A stretch of 63,486 bases of DNA, the filler included, from Asterionella formosa (taxonomy: Eukaryota), in the NCBI GenBank assembly GCA_002256025.1. It is 24 parts of 24 records of this genome, joined end to end, with 100 filler letters (N's around TTAATTAATTAA, not from the genome) between each part and the next. Parts side by side here need not be neighbours in the genome. Positions count along the whole stretch, not along the records: positions 1 to 1,555 come from NKIB01001951.1; positions 1,656 to 3,210 come from NKIB01001952.1; positions 3,311 to 4,864 come from NKIB01001953.1; positions 4,965 to 6,518 come from NKIB01001954.1; positions 6,619 to 8,172 come from NKIB01001955.1; positions 8,273 to 9,826 come from NKIB01001956.1; positions 9,927 to 11,480 come from NKIB01001957.1; 17 more parts are not named here. One strand, written 5' to 3'. The notes under the pieces are model-generated. The model ran no database searches. It had not been told where the DNA came from and was given only the letters and a program-made list of their open reading frames with translations. Both the position numbers and the translations under genes were made by a program. How positions within the stretch are numbered: the first letter of the stretch is position 1; each line of letters begins with the position of its first letter. Of this stretch, positions 1-11,580 are shown piece by piece.

Positions 1-1159
1 CTCCTTCTTGTCATACCGATATTTGTTTAAGGTCACACTTGTAGCATCAAAATTTTTCCCGACGAAGTAAGACTGCGCCAGGTTTTTTCATGTAGATTGT
101 AGGTTCTGTTGGCACAAAGATGAAGTCATGGCTGCGCCAGGATTTTTGACCCTCTGAATTCATAAAGACAACATTTAACCAGCACCACTGGCACAATATA
201 TGTTTTCAACATAGGGACGACCCTTAAAAGCAGCATCTCCCCTTCTAGCTTTTCAGCGCCTCACCATTAACAAATCCTACATCAGCCAAGAACTCACATA
301 TTGTTTGTTGAAACAATAGAAGGTGGAATGACACAACATTGAGATCGTAAGCAATCAATGCTTTTAAGGTAAGATTTATTTGCTTGCTATTTTTACTATT
401 ATATCACCAAGCGAGGGATAACTCATGATATGTCATGCTTTTGTTTTCAACATTCATTTGACATTTGAACAGGACTTTTTAGAAAAGGAGTGTTCTTTGG
501 AAAGTAGGAGTGATAGCAGATGAAATGACACAGTGTGGAGACTCACAATGGAGGCCTTCAAGGTGAGCTTAATCTTCAGTTTTCATAATTGTATCAGCAA
601 AGCGAGCGAGAAATCACATGGTTCTGTTATTGTTTTCTACATTTATTTTACATTTTAGCCATCCATTTCACAACAGGAGCCATCTTTTTTAATGCATCAG
701 TGAGTTGCGGTGCTGCCTGGTGGCTGGCTAATGCCGATGTTCTGCTGTCAATTTGACTGCTCCGTGACACAGTTGAATAGCACATGTGTGTGTGTTGCTT
801 TCTGCTGTTGCTAGTTTTATTAAATGAATTACTGACACACTGTTCTTTTGTAAATCTTTGCAGGTCAATGAAGAAGTCATTTCAAGGACAAGGAGGAGCC
901 AGTGTGATACATTCCTGTTGCGATTTCGCACCATGATGCCTTTTCAAGAATGAATAATTTTTTCATTCAGAATGAACGGTTTCTGTTTGTCTTGCATTGT
1001 CCTTACAAACATCTCATGATGCCTGCCTTCTCAAGACTGAAGATGCCATTCTGAAAGAACTGCTTTGTTTGATTGCATGTCGAGATTTTTTCCCCCAGCC
1101 ATGTAATGTGAAATACCGGCAGTTGAATTAGAAATCAACATATTTGATTGTAATTTTAG

Positions 1160-1481
1160 CTAAATTACGTAAAAAAATTTAAAACATTACGTGAACTATA
1201 CTATAGAATTACGTGAACAAAATTATAAGGCAATGTGAACTAAATTACAGAATTAAGTGAAGTATTTCAAATAAATATGTAAAGATGATCACATTATACT
1301 ATAGTGATGATCAGGAAAGCATGCATGATACTCTGATCAAATTAACGTGATGTTTTCAGATTATATATATAGATATATTCAAGTAAGCTTTTTGATGTAT
1401 TCAACTAATTCATGTGATCAATTCAAAATCAACTAGGCTTATTTACGTGATGGTCACTTCACGTAATATGCGGCTTAGATG
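1160..1481 (-). mobile_element. End of an unclassified DNA-transposon-like repeat (terminus 5'-CATCTAAGCCGC) with TTACGTGA subterminal motifs
   Basis: The reverse complement of about 1246-1481 aligns to 7851-8172, and homology stops sharply at CATCTAAG. A related end lies at 9687. Confidence 0.65.
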
Positions 1482-1555
1482 AGATCAAGAGATTTCACAG
1501 GAATTAAAATAACAGGGCATATATGATGCACTGCCTCTTGTGTATTTTTGATCAT

Positions 1556-1655
1556 NNNNNNNNNNNNNNNNNNNNNNNNNNNNNNNNNNNNNNNNNNNNT
1601 TAATTAATTAANNNNNNNNNNNNNNNNNNNNNNNNNNNNNNNNNNNNNNNNNNNN
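1556..1655. other. Artificial contig-joining spacer N44-TTAATTAATTAA-N44 (first of 23)
   Basis: The same 100-bp spacer, with stops in all six frames, also starts at 3211, 4865, 6519, 8173, 9827, 11481, 13140, 38722, 40375, 42028, 43681, 45333, 46985, 48636, 50287, 51938, 53588, 55238, 56888, 58538, 60188 and 61838. Adjacency across spacers has no biological meaning. Confidence 0.99.
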
Positions 1656-2196
1656 GTTGGATCAGCAGTAGACAACTCAACAATATCTTCGACGTCCTCA
1701 TCAGCTACAACGCATTGCTTCTCTTCCGAATCAATGCGAATAGAGGCAGCATCAGAAGTTTCAGCCGTACCCACTACTTTGCTGCTCATTGCGCCAATTA
1801 ATCGAGATATAGTCGATGTCGGAAGATTGGTATAGAGATGAGCGGACTACTGATTCTTGTATGACTCACGAAGCTGAAAGGTAATGTATACAGAGTACCG
1901 TAGTATATATATAACAAAAAATAGTTGGCGCAATATTTAATAGTGTTGTGCTTGCGTATTTACAGTTATTTTATCAGTGGCAACGGACGTGATACACAGT
2001 GATCAACGGCTTGATCAGTGATACAGCATTGGTCAGGGGTCCAAAAACTGTATCAGTGATACACCCATGATACACCGGTGATCAGACCAAAAAAACCGTT
2101 GGTGATACACAAAAAAAAACCAAACCGCCATTTTTGTATCATATTTCGGCGATGATACACCAATGACAACAAATAACAGAATGATAAGAACGGCCC
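1656..2196. mobile_element. Right end of a PIF/Harbinger element, including the start of a minus-strand second ORF (MSSKVVGTAE..., ATG at 1789)
   Basis: 1748-2196 matches 62911-63359, which abuts a Harbinger transposase. Both copies end ...AAGAACGGCCC followed by TTA, consistent with a GGGCCG-type TIR and a TTA/TAA target. About 8 TGATACA subterminal motifs are present. Confidence 0.8.
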
Positions 2197-2658
2197 TTAA
2201 GCAGATTGGCCCTAACACACATGCAATGATTTCAAGCATTTCCTATCGTCGCCTCATCATTCATTTATGATAATAATATGTACTGGTAGTTATGTTTGCA
2301 TTAAATAAAGGGACTACGGTACCGGTATTACCAGTAGCGGTACCGGTAGATTAACAATACATAAAAATATATATCATCATGCCATCATGCAGTACGTACA
2401 GCATCAGCTGAGGTGGGGTCGTGGTGGCCTTACAAATAGTACGGTATGCTTACATATCTATAGTTATGATAATTGGTACCTACAAGACTTGACTAAAAGT
2501 AACTGAAGCCAAAGGGTGTCAGCTCGCTAGATGGAAGATGAACGAACATGTGCAGTATAGTGCGGTATAGTACAGTACAGTACATAAGTGCAGTGTTGTA
2601 ATTCTAATCTGTCTGGCTGCAGCTGTCCCCGTACGAACGTATGAAAATGCTTGTTTGT

Positions 2659-2814
2659 ACAACTTTCAGCAACGGATGTCTAGGTTCCCACAACGATGAA
2701 GAACGCAGCGAAATGCGATACGTAATGCGAATTGCAAGACCTCGTGAATCATCAAGATTTTGAACGCACATTGCGCTTCCGGGAAATGCCCGGTAGCATA
2801 CTTATCTGAGTGTC
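2659..2814 (+). rRNA. 5.8S rRNA (stramenopile/diatom type) with probable ITS2 downstream; no 18S or 28S in the contig
   Basis: Canonical sequence AACTTTCAGCAACGGATGTCTAGG...CGATGAAGAACGCAGCGAAATGCGATACGTAATGCGAATTGCA...TTTGAACGCACATTGCG. Ends are approximate. Confidence 0.95.
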
Positions 2815-4562
2815 CGCGAACCCCACTCAGCATGTCTTGACCATTCCAGTATGTGTATGTATGTGTTATCATAACATAACATGACATATTGGGTGATGTT
2901 GTGACATTGCTGGATTCTGCCGTCGCAGCGCATCGCAGTGCAGCCCACCATCAACGTCCAACGTTGACTGCTGAGCTAGGTGATCTCTGCCTGGGTAAAG
3001 TTTGTGATGGTGTCGTTACACGGTGGATCTGGCAACTTGCCACAACTAGCCGCTGAGCGCTTCAGCTGTCTCTGGTAGAAGCACCACCGCGTGCATCTGT
3101 CTAATGAGATTCGGCTGTGAAACGTGCTCGGTTGGCATAGCACTATTTAGCAGTTGTGGATTAAGATGTTGGAGCACTGGACATTGACTGTATTGGTGTA
3201 TATAATATGANNNNNNNNNNNNNNNNNNNNNNNNNNNNNNNNNNNNNNNNNNNNTTAATTAATTAANNNNNNNNNNNNNNNNNNNNNNNNNNNNNNNNNN
3301 NNNNNNNNNNCTTTCAGAACCGGCCCACAACAGACTCCTCGTTGCCTTTCTGGAAGTGAAGAACATGATTCACAGAGTAAGATCATAGTAGCTGTTTAAA
3401 CTCACACAAGACCATTTTCTATTTCTTAACAAACAATTCATATTCAGTTCAAACGGAGGGCAAAGAACAAGCAAGAGAAGGGTATACAGCCACAGTAACC
3501 ACAATGCACCACCAGCCAGCTCCTTGTTTCCAACAATAAGATCCAAAGGGATAACAGCAGAAACAACAGATAGCGACAACGTCAATGACAACGACAACAA
3601 TAGAAACAACCACAATGCATAATGCATGTTACCATGAAAGTGATAATTTGTTCCTTCACCACGTTCTAGCCAGTAGCTGTTTTCCATTCAAAGAAACCTG
3701 GCGCAGACGGTCCTCCACCTATACCTTTGCTTTGTACTAGCCATGTGTACATTCTACATAACAAAAAGCTGGCGCGCAGTCTATGCTTTGTCAGTATACT
3801 TTTTGGCGAGCAATGCAGACCTCACGAAAATCTGACGAACATGGTGAATCGTCACGATTTTCAACGTTGTGATTTGCAAAAGGTTAGTACCAGTAATGTC
3901 GCTAGATTGCACTACATAGGATGTCTGAATTAATTCAACTATTTTTCCCACCTTTTCGGAGCGTCTATAAGCAAAACTACCACTACAATGAAGACTCCAA
4001 CAGGGAAAATATCTAGCTGTAGCAAATCTATCGAATATGCGAATTTTTTTACACAGAAATAGCTGTTGCATGTATTCGCGTTCATCTGATGATCATGTCA
4101 TTGTAGTCGGCCTGAGTAGAAAATAAGAGCTGCAACCAAAGCTATTTCTTTTCGGAAAGGCTACAATTTGTCTACAATGATTATTTTATCAAATGAAATT
4201 CGGTTGCAAAATCAAATCAAAAGAAACGTTGGTAGATATGTTTTATATATACTGGCACCCGTAGTTCTATAGAAATAGGAGTCGCAAACCGGTACTATAT
4301 TAGTGTTCATCGAATATCGTTGTAGTCAGTCGAAAATGAGAGGTATTTCCGAGATACTTCAAACAGTAAACAGTCATATCTCTAGCAAGTGGCTGGCCTT
4401 AGTGAAAGTAGCATTGGATGTATAGCTGTGTTAAATCAAATTGAATGAGATAATTTATTTTGTGGTTTTACAAATGATAAATCAAATATCTATATTGGCC
4501 GTTGTCTCTTTCTATTAAACAAATATCGGTACATAATCGCTATTTAATCGTGTTTTATCACC

Positions 4563-4864
4563 ATGAACGACGACGATTGCTGTTTGATATGTGGTAAGGG
4601 TCCATTTGTTTCCCTTCACCGTCATTACGCACATAGCCCCGAATGCGAAACAACTGCTGAGTTGTTTCGTAAACCAGCAACTGGTCCAGACGACGGTCAG
4701 GAAGAATATGATGGACTTCATCAATCTCCACCATCACCTGCTGATGACTTTTCGTCGTCATTAAAGAAAAGGGCCAAAATTTGTCATGTTCAAACACTAC
4801 ATTTTGGCGATCATACCAATATATATGACATTGATCAAAAAGAAGATGAAGAAAATACAAGCGA
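4563..4864 (+). CDS. 5' fragment of a protein with an N-terminal CxxC...H...C zinc finger; possibly transposon-encoded
   Basis: MNDDDCCLICGKGPFVSLHRHYAHSPEC; the frame stays open to the contig end. Confidence 0.4.
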
Positions 4865-5401
4865 NNNNNNNNNNNNNNNNNNNNNNNNNNNNNNNNNNNN
4901 NNNNNNNNTTAATTAATTAANNNNNNNNNNNNNNNNNNNNNNNNNNNNNNNNNNNNNNNNNNNNGGCTGCTTTTTCTCTTCTGTTGACGCAGTTGCTGCA
5001 CAAGGCTACTAGAACTGATACTGATAAAATGCGCGCAGCATCAACAACTACAGCAACAGAATATGATAAACATGATTATGATGTCAATCATGGCATTTTT
5101 GTTGAATCATGGGGTACCTCAAACAACCACCTCCATTGCCAGTGCTGATCTCATTCAGGCAATGATAAATTCAATTATTGCTTTGAACATGATTTCAATG
5201 CAGCAAACAATTCAAAGCCAAAATCTAACCTCAACAGCAGGTTCCAACGCACAACAAACTTCGTCTGCCTCAACTCAATGTCAAACACCAAAAAAATGAA
5301 AGTGGTAGTAGAAGTGATGATGATTAACCATAAATTAATTCATTCTAATATAATATGAAAGAAGCGGTGGTAAATAATCATGAATGAATAAATTCTATGA
5401 A

Positions 5402-5650
5402 TTACATGGCATACTGCAAATAGGGTATATACACTGAAGCAATTTGTTTCTGACCAACTTTGCTAGCACGAAAGTTGTAGAGCAATACAATCATTTGGAG
5501 TGTTAATTTTCTCTCACCTTTTTCTTCATAAAGAATTTTGTCTTTGATTCTCGGAATTAATCCCTGAAGGCACAGCTGTCGGATTGAGGTGGCTTGACGA
5601 TTTACACCAAATCTTTGTTGAGGATTACCATTTACATCAACATTAGAAAC
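5402..5650 (-). pseudogene. Degenerate C-terminal fragment of a PIF/Harbinger-family (DDE_Tnp_4-like) transposase
   Basis: RQATSIRQL...LQGLIPRIKDKILYEEKGERKLTLQMIVLLYNFRASKVGQKQI resembles the ATSxRQxxEWGM..LQ..FPR.KD...YEE.GER...LLYN.R...VG.NQI tail of stramenopile Harbinger-like transposases. The EWGM segment appears deleted. Confidence 0.6.
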
Positions 5651-7850
5651 AAGGGAGCAATTGGTACAAATTATATTGTGGTGCCAGATAGGGGTGGAAT
5701 GCATGATTATCTACCAGTATATATTTATCCATGTATTAGAATCAATGTTTGTGTTCTTGCTGACAGCAAGACACGCTGAGGTGGTCTCTTGCCTGTGAGT
5801 ACACATGTTTACGAGAATGCAAGCAAGTAGCCGCCAAGGAGGTTATTGTTGATGCGATTCACAAACTAGCTATTGTCATGCCATTTACTACCCTAGTGTA
5901 ATGCCCACAAGAAGTAAAGCATAAAGGTCATTTTTAGGTTGCTATGATACCATTGCCCATCAAATAAAATACATTTTGTATATTTCCTATATTCTCATCA
6001 AATCTTGCCAAAGGTCCGATATTTCCCATCATTAACATATATTTTGCATATTTCATATGTTAGCATTTTGGCAATACAATTCACGCCAATTGCTCCTCGG
6101 TTTTCCAGTCCTTGGATTGCTGAAATTGGAAACAAGGGGACTACTTAAGAAAACCATTTTATATAATTCACAGATATGATTAAAATGTATCTAGTATTTA
6201 CCTTGTTTTTGTTTGTTGCCTGAAAATTGACTTCAGCAATTCACCTTTCGTCACCATGCCAATCATTGTCCATCATGCCAGTCCAGTCTGAAGCAAAATG
6301 AGTTCATTGATGGTGCCAGTAGCGATTTGTTGTCAAACAGATGCGGTTGATTGTTGGATTGCTTGACTTCTTGTGGGATTCATGTACTTGCATCATCCAT
6401 ATTTCTTCAGACAAATCATGATATTGGTATATCTGATGTTGGCAGCAAGTTTTTGCTCCAGTCCTTTATGTGCTTAATGGATATTCTAGTCATATAGTAG
6501 CCAACATACGTGATTGCANNNNNNNNNNNNNNNNNNNNNNNNNNNNNNNNNNNNNNNNNNNNTTAATTAATTAANNNNNNNNNNNNNNNNNNNNNNNNNN
6601 NNNNNNNNNNNNNNNNNNAGATTCAATGTGATCAAATTAATGGCTGATAAGAAATATCTTGTGGTTGAGCTTTTGCCGCCACCATTGTCGTCCTTTGCTC
6701 TGCTTTCTGTGTCGTCCACTGGTACCGGTAGTTAGTTACCTGGTACCAGGTAGCCTCGTAGCTTGTATGTTGCTCACAGCCACTGCACTGACAAGACCAA
6801 GCAACCATCATGATGCGACCTTGTTTTTATTTCTTTTCTACATATAATCAGTCGGACGTACAAAATGTTGACGGTATCGGTAGGAAGGTCCGGTAAAACA
6901 CGGTTTTTACTTAAGAAAAGTTTAAGCGAAATATCTCGATTATTGGACCTTCCAGGAACGCACATTTTATGCACACCTTTTCAGTTTCAACTCACTCCCA
7001 ATGATTCGTCCCATGCCTGCCAGACGAGATAGGCCAGCTTTCGATGAAAATTATAATCCTTAAATAATTTAGGAAAAGGTTACTCATATTGACCAATGAC
7101 GATTTGCAGAATGAGCCTCTCAACATGACTTGGATTTGCTGACTGATGAACCATTTCAGCAAACCATCTTCTACCTTCTCTGTTTGGATCTGATTTGGAT
7201 GCAATGACATCGTCAAAACCTTAATCGATTCAATGATGCTGTCGGGTGGATTTTGGTCAATTTCGTCAATCTCCATAGGTTTCTTGTCAATTCCTGTGGT
7301 CCTTTCATCTGCTTGTAGTTTGTAAACTGTGTAGCTCTAGTGACACTGAAACAAACTCATTTGATGGTCTATCTGTAAATATACATCGCCCTACATGGTG
7401 AGAGAGGGTGCTTAATCAGTGATAGTAGGATTGCTGTGATAGTACCAGCTTGGTTTTTTCTGTTTACATTTGGGTGGTTTGACAAAATTGTGTCTCTTTC
7501 TACGTTTGGAACCTGCTGACAATGACTAAAATTTGCTGACTGGCAGTACGACTAGATGTTGCAAATAAAAATAGATTTTCTGATTGACCCTTAGGCCTAG
7601 TATGAAGTATACACATGAACAGACACAACCATTACCCCCTGATAGCCTTGCCAACACTATACTACAGTGTATCAGTCGTTGTGAGCGGATGGCGAATCCT
7701 GCATCATGCCATCTCCTCTGCCTTGACCACGACGAAAATAATAAAAATCGCCATGAAAAATGAGAACGACACTTTGCTATTTGGTCCATATATTAAGCAC
7801 AGCATAAACAATACAGTCGTGAAAAAATAATTTTGACAACATAAATGTTA

Positions 7851-8172
7851 CATCTAAGCCGCGTATTACGTGAAGTGACCATCACGTAAATAAGCCTAGT
7901 TGATTTTGAATGGATCACATGAATTAGTTGAATACATCAAAATGCTTACTTGAATATATCTATATATTATCTGAATACATCACGTTAATTATTTGATGAG
8001 AGTATCATGCATGCATTCCTGATCATCACTATATTACGTGATCACCTTCACATAATTATTTGAAATACTTCACATAATTATTTGAAATACTTCACATAAT
8101 TATTTGAAATACTTCACATAATTATTTGAAATACTTCACATAATTATTTGAAATACTTCAATTAATTCTGTA
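7851..8172 (+). mobile_element. Second copy of the CATCTAAG-ended repeat
   Basis: Begins CATCTAAGCCGCGTATTACGTGAAGTGACC and is the reverse-complement homolog of 1246-1481. Confidence 0.65.
8046..8160. repeat. Tandem array, 22-bp unit CTTCACATAATTATTTGAAATA x about 5
   Basis: Directly visible. The unit is present only about once in the homologous copy near 1256-1283. Confidence 0.9.
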
Positions 8173-8686
8173 NNNNNNNNNNNNNNNNNNNNNNNNNNNN
8201 NNNNNNNNNNNNNNNNTTAATTAATTAANNNNNNNNNNNNNNNNNNNNNNNNNNNNNNNNNNNNNNNNNNNNTCAGATTGTCGACGCGAGACAAGACTCT
8301 GTCCCCGACCGATCGAGAATGATCGGATTGATCTGAAGCTTTCCATTTAGGACTCATTTTCGTGATGAATCTTTTTTACGCGAGGAAGTTTTTGTGAGAC
8401 TCAGTTATTACTGTTTTGTTGAACAACAGCAATACTTGAATGTGCGTAGAATACTGGTACCAGGCACCATCATGTCTAGATTTCACTTGTCGCGTATTCA
8501 TGTTGTTCGTCTTGTAGTTGAGTGGTGTTAGATATTTGGGGCGATGTGGCAGTTTTGTCATGATGCAATAAATACTTAATGATGCAACCTAGAGTTGACA
8601 TAAATGTCATAAGACATGTCAGGAAGTCGAGTCAACGTCTAGTTTAGGGTACCTGGTACAGATATGTTACCGTACCGTTGCGGTGC

Positions 8687-8772
8687 CAGTTACGGGGTAC
8701 CTGGTACGGTAGTCTCGTCAATGTATAGACAGTTACGGGGTACCTGGTACGGTAATCTCGTCAATGTATAGA
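8687..8772. repeat. 43-bp direct tandem duplication
   Basis: CAGTTACGGGGTACCTGGTACGGTA(G/A)TCTCGTCAATGTATAGA at 8687 and 8730. Confidence 0.9.
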
Positions 8773-9536
8773 TAGGTGGAGTACCAGTACCTGGTACCTG
8801 GAAGTTCTTGCGGAAAGTTTGCTCTACTAAAGATTTAGCTTCCTTTATCCAAGATTAGAGTATTGATTTAATCGAAATAACCGCGACATGCTTGTAAATA
8901 CGAAAATCCTTCTTGCAGTTTCATGAATTCATGGGAATTCACATGAATTGTCTTCAATCCTCTCGCTTGTACACGCGGGATAAAAGTATAGAGCAGTACG
9001 GTAATTTGTACCAGACTACTACCGGTAGTAGAAATTCCCTAATAAGAGTAGACAAAGCTATATCTGAGAATGGGAGAAACGAAGCTTAAGCTAAGTACTC
9101 GCCAGTATCAAGAGAGGCTAAATATCCAGTCGCGCCTTTGAGGCTCGAAAACTCGTCCATGTATTGTGTTCGCAGGCATGTAGTGGGGACTCAATTCTGG
9201 GTGATGGTACGGTGTATGCGTACGAGCCCTGGTACCCTGGTAGCACTCCCAAGGAAGCGTAGCGTGATGGTTGGCCGCTTGATGATTGTTTGTGTGAGAG
9301 GGGTACTATGGCGTGGTTTACTATGGGTAAATTATTAATTCTACCGTAGGATTTGCGACTTCTGTACCCCCCCCCACACTCCCCTTTGACCTCTGTGATG
9401 GCCATTAACACATGTGAGTATGGCACCATCTGATGGATAAAAGAAGCAACATATATGTGTCAGTTTTTCTAACAGTTGTGGATTGATCCAAAGATGGCTG
9501 ATAGGCAGCACATACCGATTTCTTTTGTCCACAGCC

Positions 9537-9686
9537 ATTGATGGTTGGCCAGTCACCAAATCGAAAAGGAGCTATTAAATCACTGAAAGGGGACGAGTCA
9601 TTCCGTAATTGTAATCCCAGAAATTGATCATCTTGGCATTTGCTCTTGACAAACCGTGATGCTATGCACAGCTTGTTGATTCCGCC
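9537..9686 (+). repeat. Dispersed repeat shared with about 34045-34195, interrupted at 9687 by a CATCTAAG terminus
   Basis: CATTGATGGTTG...AAGGAGCTATT...GAAAGGGGAC...GCTTGTTGATTCCGC is present in both places. Confidence 0.8.
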
Positions 9687-11580
9687 CATCTAAGACGCAA
9701 AATACGCCACTTTTCGAAATTTCGTCTACGTATGAGTGTTAATTATGTGGTACTTCACATGCATTAATGCCACTCTTCACGTAAAAAAGATTACTTTTAA
9801 CGGTTTCATGTGAAGTTTTAACTGTTNNNNNNNNNNNNNNNNNNNNNNNNNNNNNNNNNNNNNNNNNNNNTTAATTAATTAANNNNNNNNNNNNNNNNNN
9901 NNNNNNNNNNNNNNNNNNNNNNNNNNTCATTTCCGTGGGGTATGCACTGTTTGTGGTAGTCGACATTTTGTGAGAGAACTGTTTCGTGATCACGCTGGCA
10001 ATCGTGGAATGATAGCGATGGGCATTGAATGCGAAGGCGCGTGTGCACGTGCGGTTTGAGAAGGCTGATACAACGTAAAACAGAACCATGAGAACAGGAA
10101 TCAGATTGTTTGGCAGCATGCAAATTTGAAAAAAAAATACTTTATTGGGATCTTCTCTCGTTGCTCTCGTGTCAAGCAATGCTGCGAAGCCAAATGAGTC
10201 TCTAACAGGATACTATTTTCCGTTTCATTTACCAGTGATGGATAGATGACGACGTTCGGTATATTGTGACTCTGGTATCATGATGATGGGATCTACATGG
10301 TGGCAAGCATGATGCAGTTCTGACGATGATGGAATCTCTGATTGAACTGACGTCATAATAACCAGCTCACTTTCTTGAGTGGTTCCCCTCCGTCTCAATT
10401 TTCCTTCCTCTCAGAAACATCGCTACCGGTACATAATAATGCCACATCCACTGCGTTCATTCATTCAGTGATATACTGTAAGACTACATAGCTTAGCAAC
10501 AGGTGTACGTATGTCTGTAATTGGTACCTGGTACCGTACCAGTACCAACTAAAAACTGAGAGTCATCCTTATTTCTTTTTTTTAAACTGAGAGTCATCCT
10601 TAAACAGGGTAATCACACGTTTTGGTACGAATATTGGAGATACGTTGATTCTCTTCAGACAAAGTTGTTCCTTGGCATGTATGGAAGAGCAATGATCATA
10701 ATTGTAAGTTGAGTTTTCATGGCCGTTCTTGAGATAAATAGGTCGAAAGGTAGCTGTCGCAAAAATTTGGGTCAAATCAGATTACCGGTACCCTATTGAG
10801 CCGGAAATGCATTTTTGACATTTAGATAACACTTCAGCTAATTTAATTATTTAGTGATTCTTCGTTCATTATTTAGTGTCTTTTGTTTCTATATTTATTG
10901 ACTTCGATTGATCATCAATGTCGCATGGAGTGCTGTTGCTCTGTCCTGTTCACCACTCATTGATTCAAGGCAGCAATCAGTTTACCGGTATGTACGCACT
11001 GATGGCAAAGTCTCACCGGTGTATAATTATATATTTTGCGGGCATTATCATTACAACCATTGAAACAAATGAAAATTGTTGATTTTCTAACATTAAGCTA
11101 TGTTATTAATAATTAGTCCTCTGAGTAGAATAGATTATTCGCTAGTATATTATGAAACGAATTTCATTGTAGCTTGCATATTCGTTTAGATATAGTCAAA
11201 TATGTAAAATCGGAAAACTCACGATGGCGCTCAACACTGTCAATGATTTCTCGATCCCTCTTTGTTGCATCAAGACGTGAAGCTTCCGAACAGATGTGCC
11301 ATTCTACGAAATAACATAATCTACTCGAGATTACATTCAAAAACAATTATTAATTCATAATTCAATAATTAAACAAAATTGTCATTCATCATTGTCATGT
11401 CTTTGTCGATCAGCAACATTGTCATGACGTTTACCCGGTACCAGTACCAGGTACCCTGGTACACAGCTTCATTGCCAGCANNNNNNNNNNNNNNNNNNNN
11501 NNNNNNNNNNNNNNNNNNNNNNNNTTAATTAATTAANNNNNNNNNNNNNNNNNNNNNNNNNNNNNNNNNNNNNNNNNNNN

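Noticed and set aside
2666..2887. 73-aa minus-strand ORF
   Set aside because: It is the antisense of the 5.8S rRNA.
8046..8160. CRISPR-like array
   Set aside because: Head-to-tail 22-bp units with no spacers, in a eukaryotic context with no cas genes.
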